Position numbers and translations under genes: made by a program | Notes under the pieces: model-generated | Seen by the model: the letters and a program-made list of their open reading frames with translations, nothing else | The model's database searches: none | Told to the model about the DNA's origin: nothing | NCBI RefSeq assembly: GCF_009914755.1 | Contig: NC_060926.1 | Length of the DNA: 64,000 nt | From: the human T2T-CHM13v2.0 reference genome, Homo sapiens | Reading direction: 5' to 3' (one strand) | In this document: one piece after another, positions 1 to 14,803 of the stretch | How the letters are laid out: every line of letters starts with the position of its first letter | How positions within the stretch are numbered: the first letter of the stretch is position 1

Positions 1-203
<203 letters not shown>

Positions 204-314
204 TCAGTTCCTCTCCAGACATACACAACTCTAAATCACTAACTTTTTCCACATCTTGAGGCTAAGTCCTTGGATGGAGCTGAAACTGTCCTCAGATACA
301 GAATGACTTCGTAG

Positions 315-378
315 CTCTTAGTTAGTTTCATGCTGCTATAACAGAATAACAGAGTAATTTATAATGAAGAGAAATTTC
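315..378 (-). mobile_element. MaLR (MST/MLT1-type) LTR fragment
   Basis: 'ttagtttcatgctgctataacagaata...gtaatttataatgaagagaaattt' resembles the MST/MLT1 LTR terminus. Confidence 0.5.
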
Positions 379-523
379 TGAACAAAGAAAAGTGCCCTGA
401 TTATAACCAGAAATGCAAAAATGCTGTCTACAACTGCATTCTCTCTACCCCTACATATTTTCCAAACTGTGCATATCTACGTAGTCTTCCAAAGCTCTTG
501 GCTCAAATGGCAAGGTTCAGATT

Positions 524-612
524 GGAAAATTGCCTCTGACCCTAGACTTGTTAACTGGGGAATAGACAGGAAAATAACCTCTGACCCTAGCCTGGTTAAC
601 AGGGGAATAGAC
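524..612. repeat. Diverged tandem duplication, period 45 bp, 2 copies
   Basis: ggaaaattgcctctgaccctagacttgttaactggggaatagac (524-567) vs ggaaaataacctctgaccctagcctggttaacaggggaatagac (569-612). Confidence 0.9.
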
Positions 613-2059
613 TAGCCCTCTCCACAGTAAATGGTTTGTGGATAAATACATGACCCAATTAACACTAATTGCAGGACTCAGAAGTCCAACTCACAAGAGT
701 CAACAGGAGAGGAAAATTCAGTGGGCCACCAGGGGGAAGCCTACTTAAAAAGTTAGCCAACACAATTAAAAGCAGAGACAAGAGATGGAATGAACTATCC
801 AGCTATGTCTACACCTTGATTTTTATGTTACTTGGGTCAATACACTGAGTTGAGTTTTCTGTCACATGGCACCAAAAGTATATGAACTAAGAAATAACTG
901 CAAAGTGTTGTATGAATTTACAGAAGAAAAACAAATACAGGGTTATAATATAGTATTTGAACACACAACAATAGAGCTTTCCACATTGACTTGCCTTCAA
1001 TAAAGACGACCAGCCTTCTAAAACTGGAAGCAGTATAAATATATAGTTAGAAAGTTTCTTGGCTCTGGTTTAAAGCAAGGGATCTACTGCCTGAGTTTTA
1101 ATCATCTGCATTTCTTCTTCTATCCCAGTCTCTAAGAGAAATAAATGCCAGTAAATTGTTCTAGAAAGAAAAAACTTTGTGAATCAAATTTCTATTTTTA
1201 CTGGCTTATAAAAAAGTTCTTAATATAAAAAGATACTATAATTCTTTAAAACTGCAGCTGCAAAAAAATTAAGGTCAATTGGAAGATTTGTTTTTATTCT
1301 TAAGGCAAATAAATAGATGACTGTAACAACTGAATACATAACTATCCACAGTTCCTGTGGCCTACAAATGTAGCTACAGAAAAGATGCTGTCCAGCATAG
1401 CAGCTTTCAGCTGGGCAGAGTAATAGTGCCCAGCCAGAAAAGCTCAATTTTCCCTTCTCTGTGTGAGATCACTCACCTAATAGAGCTGGAAATAATAATA
1501 ACTAGCAAAACAAAATGGTACACTGAGATAAGCGCTTTCCAATTTGAACCCTGTTTAAAAGGGAGGATATAGTAAAAATCCTTTTTTAGCAACACTTTTT
1601 CCCATCCCAAAGAGCTTTAGAAGGTTTAATGTGCTCTCAGTTTTCTCTGGAGGGCCACAATCCATGAGTCATTTGGCTAAGTAATCTGCGTTCCAGACTT
1701 TTCTTTACTCAGAAGAATGTTTAGTTATTGTATGGCCAACTACTTCTATTTAGCTAACTTAGCCTTTACTACCAGGCATTGGCGGGGAAATTGAATTCAA
1801 GCATTTATTTGAAGGAGGTAGAGTCACAGTTGTTATGATTATCCATGGCTGTGTCTATATAGAAACAAAAGTTCTGCTTGTAAACATTAATGTAGAAAAT
1901 TAAATCAACCCAAAGATTTCGGGAGAAAAAAAATACTCTTACTTTTTTAAGTAAGTAAATTGATACCAATGTATTTTTACTATGAATTAGATGGAAAGCT
2001 TCTTTACTTTATTTGTATTCTTTACTTATATTCGTAAAAACAGCAAAAATGAATGGAAT

Positions 2060-2825
2060 GTTCCATTAATTCAAAAGTGGATTGACATAGTAAAGATGTC
2101 CATTCTCCCCAAATTGATCTATAGCTTTAATGTAATTCCTAACAAAATCCCAACAAGGTGTTTCATAGATACAGACAGGCTTATGGGCACAAGAAGCCGA
2201 AATAATTTTGCAAAAGAAGAGTAAAATGACAGGAATCGCTCCACCCAATATTACAGCTTCCTGTATAGCTACAGTAATCAAAATAATGTGGTGTTAGTGG
2301 AGGGATAAGTGCGTAGATCCACAGAACAGAAAACCTAGAAATAGGCCCACACAAATATGTCTGACTGTTTTTTTTTTTAAGATGCAAAAGCCATCAATGG
2401 AGAAAGAATAGCCCTTTCAACAAATAGTGCTGGAGCAATTAGACATTTATAGGCAAAAAAAATAAAAAAAAAAATCCTCAACCTAATCTTCATAACTTAC
2501 ACAAAAATCAACTCAAAATGATCATACATTTAAATGTAAAAGTAAAACTATCAAAATTTTAAGAAAAATACAGGAGAAAATATTCAGGACCATAAGCTAA
2601 ATGAAGAGTTCTTAGATTTGATACTAACAACACAATCTATTAAATAAATAAATAAATAAATTGAGCCGGTTCAAAATTAAAATTTTTTGCTTGGTGAAAG
2701 TCTCTGTTAAGAATATGAAAAGACAAGCAGCAGACTAGGAAAAAATATTTGTAAATCACATCTCACATCTCTGACAAAGGACTTGTAATATCAAATATAT
2801 TTAAAATTCTCCAACTCAACAGTAC
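2060..2825 (+). mobile_element. Old L1M ORF2 3' fragment
   Basis: Translation 'IVKMSILPKLIYSFNVIPNKIP' matches the L1 ORF2 motif [20 protein letters not shown]; degenerate. Confidence 0.88.
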
Positions 2826-3214
2826 TAGGTTCCACTTTCAGAAATGAAGGGCTTGAAGGCCTCTGCAGACCTACTCCACAAAGAAAAACCATAACTAGTA
2901 AAATTACCAAAAAAAAAAAAAACTACCTCTTTGAGTCTGTGACATGTGAACTACAGCCCACTCTCACCCTCCCCCTCCTACCTCAGTGAAAAAAAATTTC
3001 ACTTTGGATGGGTACAGCCAAGAACACGGGAATCCTTCTCCCTTTATCTCCCCAGGAGGGGCAGTCCACCATCATTTCTCATCCTTTCTCCAGATCCATG
3101 TTGCAGAGGCTAAATTCCAGATGAGTGCAGCTGAGCAGTCAGCGGCTCCCTTCCTTACCCAGTTTGTAGACTAGAGGGTCTTCCCTAGACAAGGCCCTAG
3201 ATTCCGGCAAAAAT

Positions 3215-4045
3215 ACTGAGAAACTGGACCACTCGTGCATTGCTGATGGGACTGTAAAATGATACAATCATCCTGGAAAAGAGTATGGCAGTCTCTTACA
3301 AAACTAAAGATGCACTTACCATATGAACCACAAATTGCACTCTTGGACATTTATCCCAGAGAAATGAACATTTACGTTCACACAAACCCTGTACATGAAT
3401 ATTCATAGCAGCTTTGTTCATAATAGACAAAAACTGGAAGCCATCCAAATGTCTTTCCATGCATGAGCAGTTAAACAGATTGTGGTTCATCAAGCCATAG
3501 ACTACTACGCAGTAATGGAAAGGAATTGATACACTAATCAACTTAGATAGATCTCAAGAAAATTATGCTGAGTGAAGAAAAAGCCCATCTAAAAGTCCAT
3601 CTTAAAAGGTTACATACTATATAATCCCATTTGTATTACATTCTTGACATGACAAAATAATGGAAAGCAAATTAGTGGCTGCCAAGAATTGAAGTTAGGT
3701 GGCTATGCAAGGATAGCATGAGGGTTCCTTGCAATGGAATTCTTCTGTATCTTGACTGTGGTGGTCGTCACATGAATGTACCCAGGTCATAAATTGCATA
3801 GGGCAAAATACATAGACAAAATACACACACACCCACAAGTAAGTGCATGGAAAGCTGGTAAAATCTGAATGTGAATGGGTCGTCTCCACATCAGTTTCTT
3901 GTTTGTGCTTTTGTATCACAGTAATGTAGGAATTACAATAGAGGAAACTGGATGAAGGGTACATGGAATTTCTGTGTATTATTTCTTACAACTGCCTGTA
4001 CATCTACAATTATCTCAAAATTAAAAAAAAAGAGTTTAATAAAAG
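3215..4045 (+). mobile_element. Old L1 (L1MC/L1MD-like) 3' end
   Basis: 'cattgctgatgggactgtaaaatg...aactggaagccatccaaatgtc...tacaattatctcaaaattaaaa' is typical old L1 ORF2 end/3'UTR. Confidence 0.8.
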
Positions 4046-4344
4046 CAAACTGATGGCACACAAAGTTGAATGATCAAAGGATTTTTAGACAAGCTCGGCT
4101 GAGCTACTCACATCATTACTACCATTTGAAACAGAAAATTTGCCTTTATTTTGCCTTACTGTGGCCCTTTAAGAAATAAAAGACATGAAAAATAGTATTT
4201 GAGAGCTACTTTCTCCAGCTATGCTCTGTGACCGCTAACAGGTTGAGAAATTTGTTTTCGTTAATCATAGGTCTTGCCACACAGGTGATACACAGGTGAT
4301 TCGGTGCTGAGAAAGCACACGGTCAGTGGTGTCGTGGGCGTGAA

Positions 4345-4640
4345 CCAAGTCCTGGCTTTGTCTCCTGCACAAGCTGTGAAATAGAATATGTGACTTGCCC
4401 ACTCTCAAAGTCAGACCTGTAAAATGGTGTAAGAATAATATCTAACAGAATTTTGTAAAAATTAACTATGATCTGAAAAATAAAGATAAGTAAATGGACT
4501 TCGTAAAGGATTAAACAGTTATTGCTGTGAAATTGGCATTTCAGAGCTTACCTAGCCAAATCCTGAATTTTATGGATGAGAAACCTGAGGTCAAGAAAAG
4601 TGAGTGTCTAACAGTAGACATAGAGCAGCTTGTTAGATAA
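4345..4640. mobile_element. Two degenerate MIR fragments in opposite orientation
   Basis: MIR core-like 'cctgtaaaatgg' (+) and 'ttttatggatgagaaacctgagg' (-). Confidence 0.55.
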
Positions 4641-5557
4641 AGAGCGAGGGCTTTGGAAGACCAGTCCCTTTTTCATAAGAGAAAGATTTTAAACATTTGA
4701 AGGAAATCACCTGCAATTCTACTTTATTTTAATGTCTTCACTGCACCCAGGAGATTATACATATATTATTATTGTTTCATAAATGAGGACAGTTTCAAAA
4801 ACCAAAGCAAACTGCATAGGCAAATTCTAACAATGTACTTTAATTTCATATACCTTTTTTTGTCACAGTGTTAGTCCCAATTTGAAAACCAGCAGTTTTT
4901 CTTCCCTTCATCTCAACAAAAAGAGAGCAAAGTTCAGGATTTGTAGACATTTGTTTCTAAATTTTTTATGGGATAATATAATCAAGCACCTCGGTAAATT
5001 TTTATTCATTAAAATACAAATTCTGTCAGCTTAGTCATTGCCTTTACCTGTGGAAAATGAACTTTTTGTTCTTTTTCCCTTTATGGAAAGCTGAATAGAA
5101 ATGTTAGGATTTTGTTTTATAGCAGTGTTTCATTCTCCAAGTCTACTTGTCTCAAGACTTTTTATAATGCATTATATACCTGGATTTTTCAAGTTCTCAC
5201 CTGAGCCAGTAATAAGAAGTATATTTAAGGAGGTGCCTTTTTCTGAGCCCCTAGGCCAGGAATATATTCATCTTTATGTACACATGTTCTGATAACCCCA
5301 TATAACCTTATGTCTTATTCTTTAACAAGTTTCTTTTATAAGCCAGCCCTGCTGAAACAATAACCTTAAGCTCCCTAAGGGTTTCCACTACCATAATGTC
5401 AGCTTTCCTGGACTTCATTTTGTCACTACAATTCCCCATGGCTGTGTAATAATAAAAACTTCTACGTGTACAGCACTTTAAATATTTCAAAGCGTATTAA
5501 CCCATATCAGTTTTAGCCTGTGAGTCCTTGCCCATGCTCTTTTTTTTCTGTTTAAAG

Positions 5558-5755
5558 GTGAGGTTGAAAACAGAGAGGACAGAGACTGCCTGTGTTCTTA
5601 GGGTTGGAACCTTGGACCAAAAAGCAGGGTTCCTTCGGACTCTGGCTCCGTTTCTTCCCTGACTGGCAGCCAGTACTCATGACTTCTTGCTCTGAGCTTT
5701 CAAGAAGACTGGATCCGTCACTTTAGAACAGACTCGACCTAGACAGTCTACCAAG
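5558..5755 (+). other. Candidate internal exon (non-coding), 198 nt
   Basis: Acceptor ctcttttttttctgtttaaag|G and donor CAAG|gtaaaa flank unique sequence; stop codons in all three frames. Confidence 0.35.
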
Positions 5756-6046
5756 GTAAAATCTTGTATCTCAGGAAACCATGGGCTCTCACCTCCTAGG
5801 GTGTTCAACCATAAACTGAATGACTAATTAAAGTGGATTCAGTCAAGTGGGTGGTTAGACACGAAGACACGGAAGGTCATTTCTACCACTGACATTCTGT
5901 AATTATAACAAAATATGTTTTAAAGTCTAAACTACAATATTTTTTAGTAAATTGCTTTCTCATTTTTTTTCTTCCTTACAAACTATGATTGTTAAAAAGG
6001 AAAAAAACAACATGCAAAAGGAATTGAGTAAAAAAAGGCTAACAGT

Positions 6047-6341
6047 GGCCGGGCGCAGTGGTTCACACCTGTAATCCCAGCACTTTGGGAGGCCAAGGCG
6101 GCTGGATCACTTGAGGCCAGGAGTTTAGACCAGCCTGGACAACATGGAGAAACTCCATCTCTACCAAAAAAATACAAAAAATAAGCTGGGCGTGGTGGCA
6201 CATGCCTGTAATCCCCACTACTCAGGAGGCTGAAGCAAGAGAATCACTTGAACCCGGGAGGCAGAGGCTGCAGTGAGCGAAGATCACACCACTGCACTCC
6301 AACTTGGGTGACAGAGCAAGACTCTGTCTCAAAAATAAAAA
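6047..6341 (+). mobile_element. AluS
   Basis: Full dimeric Alu consensus. Confidence 0.95.
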
Positions 6342-6344
6342 GCA

Positions 6345-7320
<976 letters not shown>

Positions 7321-7400
7321 ACCTCATGACCATCAAATTAATAGTCCCCAAAACAACTCTGCTGCCCTGCTTAAAAATTTCTCCTAGATCCCATTTGAGA

Positions 7401-7869
7401 ATGAGAGGTGGCAGAATATGCCACCACAAAATATACCACCTTGGCATAAGGATTCTTTTGAGCTCGAGGCACTTGAAAAGAAGCAGATACAAGAAGAACT
7501 CTGACCTTCTTCTTTCTCTAAAGAGCAGAAGATGAAATTGCTATGTGAAAGATGGCCTCCCTATACCAGAAGGAAAGTAACATTCTTATCAAGGATGAGT
7601 TGAGGCCAAGAGAATTCTGTACAGCCAGACCTCGTTCAAGATTTCATCTTCCTTTAGCCTTCCCACACAGTTTAGTCTTTGTTCAACCTACTATATAAGC
7701 ATTTAGGTTTTGCCACTTCTTTGGGTATTCATTTCCTTATGAGGGCTCCCATGTCATGTAAAACACATAATTATGTATGTTTTTCTCCTGCTTATGTCTT
7801 ACGTCAATTTAATTCTCAGGCCCAGACAAAAACTCTTAGGAGATAAAGATGAAATTTTGTCTCCCATGC
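7401..7869 (+). mobile_element. ERV1 solo LTR, MER34-type
   Basis: 'cagaatatgccaccacaaaatataccaccttggcataaggattcttttgagct' is the MER34-family LTR start. Confidence 0.7.
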
Positions 7870-8629
7870 AACCACATCGCTGTTTCTCAAACTTCCCTGT
7901 CAAAATACAACTAACAGTTGAGACTGGAGAGCATACTACTAAGTCCAGAAGTTTAACTTAAAAACTGGACAAGTTGGAAATTAATTTAATGTTCTTTTTA
8001 TCTTTAAAATATGTGTAAATTTTGCCATCCTCTACCTGACATAACCAAATTTCTCTTAAGATATAAAGGTTTAAAATATCTTGCCATCAGATAAAAGAAC
8101 AAAAATTTCCTATGTCCTTCACTGATCAACAGGTGAGAAGCTATTGCACTAATGATACCACTAATGAAACTAACCACTAACAATTTGAGAAAGTTCAGTA
8201 AAATGAATGATTGCTGCGGCTGCTGAAACATACATCAGGTTTTATACTTAATCAATTTCCCTTCTGGGTATGAGTGTCATATTTTGAGAACTGAGATTCA
8301 CCTAAGTATGGGGTTATAATGGCAATGGTTTCGGGTTTGTTTTTTTTTTAACTTTAACAACTGTGTCAGAATAATAATTGTCAGAATGTTGCCAAAAGTG
8401 TTGATGAGTGAAAAATAGTTTTAGGTATTTGCTGGTGGATAAATTTAACCTGTACCAGTTTATAGAGGAGTAAAATCTCTGGTTTCTTATGATCAATGAT
8501 ACAATGTGTTTTACTTTCAAAGGAAAGATTTATTAAATCATTTTTCCAGTGTATAAAGATGGCTGATGTTCTTTATTTTATTGTAAATACAATTTTCATC
8601 ACATAAAAAATATATGCTAAACTCATTTA

Positions 8630-8942
<313 letters not shown>

Positions 8943-9733
8943 AAGAATCATTCTTTTTCAATAAGATAAATAATACATTTGTAACATGAAAAAATTAATA
9001 TGGTCTTCACAGAAGAGTTCAATAAGGCCATGTTCTTTATTTTCTATAATTAAATTAAACCACTTTATGAGACCCAATTTCACTGATGGAGGAAGAGCAA
9101 CGTGCATTTAAATTTGCTGATTAAACCTAATTCACATTTTCTTGCTTAAAACACTCTCTCACAGAAATATTCAGTCAATTCAAAATATACCTTCCTATGA
9201 GGGCATTTTTCTTTCCCTCCTCCTTTTTCCTAAGATAGAGTCTGCATTCAAAGTAAGCTTTTCAAAGCTTCATAGCAAGAAGCAGGACCTCTAGTTTATT
9301 TAACCTTGAAAAGACCAACAAGCAATTTTTCCTTTGCGTAGGAACTGTGCTTTTGATAGCATTGTCTCTATCTACAATGTTCTTCTATTTTGCTGCAAGA
9401 TTTCTTGTGATTTTTCTCCTTTGAAATGTGTCTGGTTTTTTTTAATATCATTGCAAAGATAATGGCTACAAGAGGCATCATGTTGTAGATTCATTTACAT
9501 CTCCTCAATCGCAAGCTCCATATTTTAAACAAACATCTCCTATATATCTCTCTTAATCTAATCTCTTTTAATTTGGTTTTTCTGTGCATTTTCTAGCTGT
9601 GTTTGTCGTGGTGCTCCCACCTTCTTTGTTGCCAGTGCCAATGCCAGGGTCAGATTGCTCTAAACTTTCCTTATTACCATGAATATTTACATTGGCTTTA
9701 AGCATCCTATTTTTGTCCACTGCTCTATGTTCC

Positions 9734-10452
9734 TGAAACCGCCCAATGGGTTCTCCTTGCCTACTGCCTAGACAGGGCCAATTTATCAAGACAAGGGACT
9801 TGCAATAGAGAAAGAGTTTAATTCATGAAGAGCTGGCTGTGTGAGAGACTGGAGTTTTATTATTATTCAAATCAGTCTCCCAGAGAATTCGGGAACTGGA
9901 GTTTTTAAGGATAATTTGGTGGGTAGCAGGCCAGTGACTCAAGAGCACAGATTGGTTGGCTTAGAGATGAACTGATAGGGAGTTGAAGCTGTCCTTTTAT
10001 GCTGACTCAGCTCCTGGGTGGGGGCCACAGGACTGGTTGTCAGGTCCCAGTGGGGACATCCCATTGTCAGAAATGCAAAAACCTGAAAAGACATCTCAAA
10101 GGCCAATTTTAGGTTCTACAATAGTCACGTTATCTTCAAGAGTAATTGGGGAAGTTGCAAATCTTATGACTTCCAGAATAATGGCTGGTAATTATTTAGA
10201 ATTCAAGCTCCTCTCATCCTAACTTGGTAGCCTTTCAATAGTTTTACAAGAACAGTTTAATTTGGGGGAAGGGCTATTGTTTAAACTATAAACTTAATTT
10301 CTTCCAAAGTTAGCTCTGCCCACGCCCAGGAATGAGCAAAGATAGCCAACATGTGAGCTACAGACAAGATGGAGTCAGCCATGTCAAATTTCTCTGTTTG
10401 ACAGTTTCCTGCTGTAATTTCCTCAGTTATAATTTTTGCAAAGGTGGTTTCA
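9734..10452 (-). mobile_element. ERV1 solo LTR, LTR8/LTR8A
   Basis: Reverse strand starts TGAAACCACCTTTGCAAAAATTATAAC (LTR8 5' end); TG..CA termini; 4-bp TSD ttcc at 9730-9733 and 10453-10456. Confidence 0.85.
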
Positions 10453-10859
10453 TTCCCAATTGTCTTTATAATTTTCTGTTATTATATGATTAAAATGTAA
10501 ACTGACAGGAAAATTATCTAAAACTTCCATACAGTATCACTACTTCTGTATTATCAGAGAATACACTGCAGGAAGTCGAGCCAAGCATACCAGTGATCAC
10601 ATGTTTACAGACTAATCTTCCTTTGGCTGTAGTTCTAGAAGAAAGTTGATCAGATATGTGGACTGTTTGTGTATTTGTGTAGCAAACATTTTCAAAAAAT
10701 AGTAGTACTGACTCATAAACTGGTAAACATGTGTTTCTCAAAAAAATAAAATAAAATAACTCTTGGTGAGCCTTCCAGGACTCATGGAGGAGGTTCATTT
10801 TTCAGCTAACCTGCCTCATAGACTAGAATCTGCTATGTGGACCTGCAACATTAACCAAT

Positions 10860-11230
10860 GTAGTAGACACTGTCAGGCTGGAGCCAAGGAAGGCCTTTTT
10901 GCCCCAGCTTTTTCAGCTGTCAGGTCCTTCAGGGTCAGGCACAGCTGCGAAGAGCCTCCTTGTCTAGGTCAATGCCCTTCTCAAGAAGGTCTACATCCAA
11001 TGACTGATACATGGAGGCTGGGTCATTTCAACCCCATGCAGAGCCACACTGACAGAGCATCTTTAGTTCCAAGTTTCTCCATGGAGTCTGCAGAGGCTAT
11101 CACAGGGCCTGCTTTGCCACTTGACTTCTCTTCCAGCTCAATCCTGCATCCTTTCCCTTCTTGCCACAGTAAACTTCCTACATGCTAATCTCAGTCTTGG
11201 TGACTGATTTCTGGAGAACTCAATCTGCTG
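10860..11230 (+). mobile_element. ERVL LTR16-like fragment
   Basis: 3' end 'agtaaacttcctacatgctaatctcagtcttgg...ttctggagaactcaatct' resembles the LTR16 family. Confidence 0.55.
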
Positions 11231-11355
11231 CCACATAAGCTCACTTTCCTGAAATATTAGTCCTGTTTCTTACAGTACTGATACCGTCATAACAAACAAT
11301 TATCTGATTTTCTAGTCATTCACTAAACATAAAATATTACATAAACCATCTAACT

Positions 11356-11505
11356 TAGTGGTTCTAAATGAACCACTGGAGAGATTTTTTTTTTTTTTTA
11401 GTATTAGTATCCAGACCAATTAACTATGGGAACAGGCCCCAGGAATCAGTATTTTTTAAGAGCTTTCCACGGGGTTCTAAAGTGTAACCAGGATTGAGAA
11501 CACTC
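11356..11505. mobile_element. MER5A-like DNA transposon
   Basis: 'agtggttctaaa...ggccccaggaatcagtattttttaag...ccaggattgagaacact'. Confidence 0.7.
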
Positions 11506-11609
11506 AATGCTTTCAGGAAAAAATATACAACTCACCAAGGAGGGAGAAAAGGATTCTGCTGCATTTGCCTATGCTTACGTATGCTAAAACATGTTCCCAC
11601 CACCTAATA

Positions 11610-13197
11610 TGCTAGCCAGTTTGCACACACACCATCACCTCTGCTTTTGCTCATGTTCCAGTGGGTGAACTATTCGTGCTTCAAGGCCAGCTTCTCCATC
11701 TGTGCAATGGATCCCATCTTCTCAAGGACCTCTCTCTAGACAATGCCCCCTTCTGTTCTGCACCATTACTTTTTCTTTCTCCACTGTATTGTTTCCGTTA
11801 GCATGCAAACAGCCAGAGATGTCTCCATTCTTTACAAAAAGAAAAATCTCAACCCCAAATTCTTCTCCAGCTACTTCCAGTCTTCCAGCTACTGCCTCAT
11901 GCCTCTCTCCTTTTTCAGGCAAATGTCTTCAAAAAGTTAATTGTATATGCTTTCACCATTTCCTCACCTTCCATTCTCTCTTGAGCCTACTTTAATCAGG
12001 CTTTTATCCCAACCCTCCAACCAAAGATGCTTTTATCAAGGGTGCAGTGACATCGACATTGCCAGACTTAGTCCACATATTGCTAAATCTGTCACAAGCC
12101 TTTGACACAGTCCATCACTTCCTCCTTGGACACTGTCTCAAGTGTCTGGTGTCCTGAATAGCACACCCTCTTGAGATTCTCCTCCTGCCCTAATGGTCTC
12201 AGCCCTCCTTGCTGGCTCCTCATCTTCCCAGTCTCTACACATCACTTTGCTGAATGAGGGGATTATCCCAGTTTTATGGCTTTAAATATCATCTCAATGC
12301 TTGGGATACTCAAATGTATATTCCCAATTCAGACTGTCCCCCGAATTCCAAGCTTATTTACCCCAACTATCTCTTTCAATCTCCACTTGGATATCTAATT
12401 ATCATGTCACACTTAGATCATGCCAATTCTTCTCAGTCTCGGTAAATAACACCACCAACCTAGTTGCTCTTGCCAATATCTTTTTTTTTTCTTTTTTCTT
12501 TTTGGAGTCAGGGTCTCACTCTGTCACTCAGGCTGGAGTGCAGTGGTGCGATCATGTCTCACTGCAGCCTCAACCTCCTCGGGCTCAGGTGATCCTCCCA
12601 CCTCACACTCCCAAGTACCTGGGACTACAGGCACATGCCACCATGCCCAGCTAATTTTAGTATTTTTTGTAAAGACAGGGTTTTGTCAGGTTGCCCAGGC
12701 TGGTTTCGAACTCCTGAATTCAAGTCATCCACCTACCTTGGCCTCCCTGAGTTCTGGGATTACAGGCATGAGTCATTGTGCTTGGCTCCAAAATCTTTAA
12801 AGCCTATCTAAAATGTTCTCTTTGATTTCATGCCACAAAATTTGTTAGCTCCACCTTTAAAATATATTTAGATTAAGACCTCTCTTCATCACCACCCTGC
12901 TGTCACCCTAACAAAGCAACCATCATCTCTCAAAATAAATCCTAATGTCCTTAGGGCTTCCTAGGCCTACTCTTTATGCCCCAGGCTACCTATCCAGGTG
13001 AATCTCTTCCAGTTCTCCTCCATGAATTTCTGTCTCACAGAATGCATGTACCATTGCACTTTGTAACGTCAGTCTCTCCCACCAGACAATGATCAGATTC
13101 TTAGTTGTCTCTTTATACCCATTCACAGTGCACTGACTGAGCACAAATTTAAGGCTTCAATAAATGGTAAGTGAATGAATAATGAATGAATGAATGC
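11610..13197 (+). mobile_element. L2 3' portion, interrupted by an Alu
   Basis: Pyrimidine-rich L2-like body ending in the characteristic (TGAA)n tail at about 13170-13196. Confidence 0.75.
12481..12787 (-). mobile_element. AluJ
   Basis: Reverse Alu with J-type 'gatcatgtctcactgcagcctcaacctcc'. Confidence 0.92.
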
Positions 13198-14374
13198 TAC
13201 AATATTGATTATAATGGATAAAGAGATATATTGACCTGCTTGACAGAAAACTCGAGGTTATTATTAGCTACATTCTCTGTGCATGCTAACTGGGAAGAAT
13301 TTCACACTTGCTTTGATGTATTCATTTTTCTCCTGGATTCAGTTGGTAAAATTAAATTGTCTTTCTTCTTTGCAGAGGCTGATTAATTTAAACAAAAGGG
13401 CATGTGTAGTGACCCTCACAGCATACTAACCAACTTAGTTGACTCCAATAATTCAATATATACAAAGAAAGCCTGTTAAAACAAGGCAGGAGCTAATGAA
13501 GCCAACAAAATCAGTTCTAAAAGTTTAGAAGGTCCCTAATAATCTATATATCGTTAAATTATTTCAAAATTTTTTATAAAGAGATTACGTAGCTGTTACA
13601 CATTCCTGGATAACTTTAGTTGCAGAATATAATCTCTCAAAAGTTCTGGCCATTTTTATTTTTTATGTAATTCTATTTGATATTAGTTCAGAGAGGCCCA
13701 AAATTAAAATTAATGCGTATTTCCCTAATGAGAGTGACTTCATGATTTGCATTCACATTAATTTTCAACAGCCTTACTTAAAATTGTTTTGAATTAGAGT
13801 TTTGTAATTAGGACTTAACATTTAAATCACATTCAGGAGACTGTGCATATGGTTAAACAGACTGCCAGAATAAAGTATGAGCTAACAAAATAGTAATCTA
13901 TTACTTAAAGGCATTTGGTAAGTCATATTGTATTTATCCTTTTACATCTTCTTACAAAAATATTCTCTTAAGTTTCTTAGCCACAGTTCATCCCCCTCAT
14001 TTGACCCACACTTGCTCACAGTGATGTCACCTTCACCATTCCATCCCAGACCTTCAAACCTTTGTGAAATCCTGTGAGCCAATGACACAAGGGGGAAATT
14101 CAGTAAAATACTAACACGTTTATGTTCCTGCTAACCTGAGGTCCGCTCTCTTTTCCCCAAATCATAGCGTAGCCTCCAATAATGCATTTCCCAACTTAAA
14201 ATATCACCTTCCCACTATTCTATTTAGAAACTGGCAAAAACTATAAGATCAGGTGTTCACACATTTGCTTTTTAAATTTGAGCACCATTTTATCGGTTTT
14301 CTTGCCTGACAACCCTCCCATGTTCCACTCATGTCTAGTTTTTGATATCCTAGCATTGTCTGTTTACCTCTAGT

Positions 14375-14612
14375 GCAAGGTTTCACAACCTCAACACTAC
14401 GGATATTTGGGGCCTGGTGATTGTTTGTTGTGGGGGGCTGTTGTGTGCATCATAGGATGGTTAGTATCCCTGAGTTGTGCCCACCAGAGATGACATTAAC
14501 AACTCCTCCCACCCTCACCCTGGTTGTAACAACCAAAAATGTTTTCAGATGTTATCAAATGTCTTCTGGGGACATAGGCGGAAGGACAAATTGCCCCAGT
14601 TGAGAACTGCAG
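14375..14612. mobile_element. MER20 hAT-Charlie MITE
   Basis: 'ggtttcacaacctcaacactacggatatttgggg...gttgtaacaaccaaaaatg...ccccagttgagaactgc'. Confidence 0.85.
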
Positions 14613-14803
14613 CTCTGTGATGACTGAAGTTAAAGGTTTTTCCAAATGACACAACTGAGATTCAAATTCCAAGATCACTGGGATTCAAATCTACATCATC
14701 TTAATCCACAATGCATTGTCTTTCCCATAAAATGAGAAATCTTGCACTAGATAGATGCCAATTTAGCCATGGTGTGCTCCTGGAGATCATGAGTGTAATG
14801 ACG

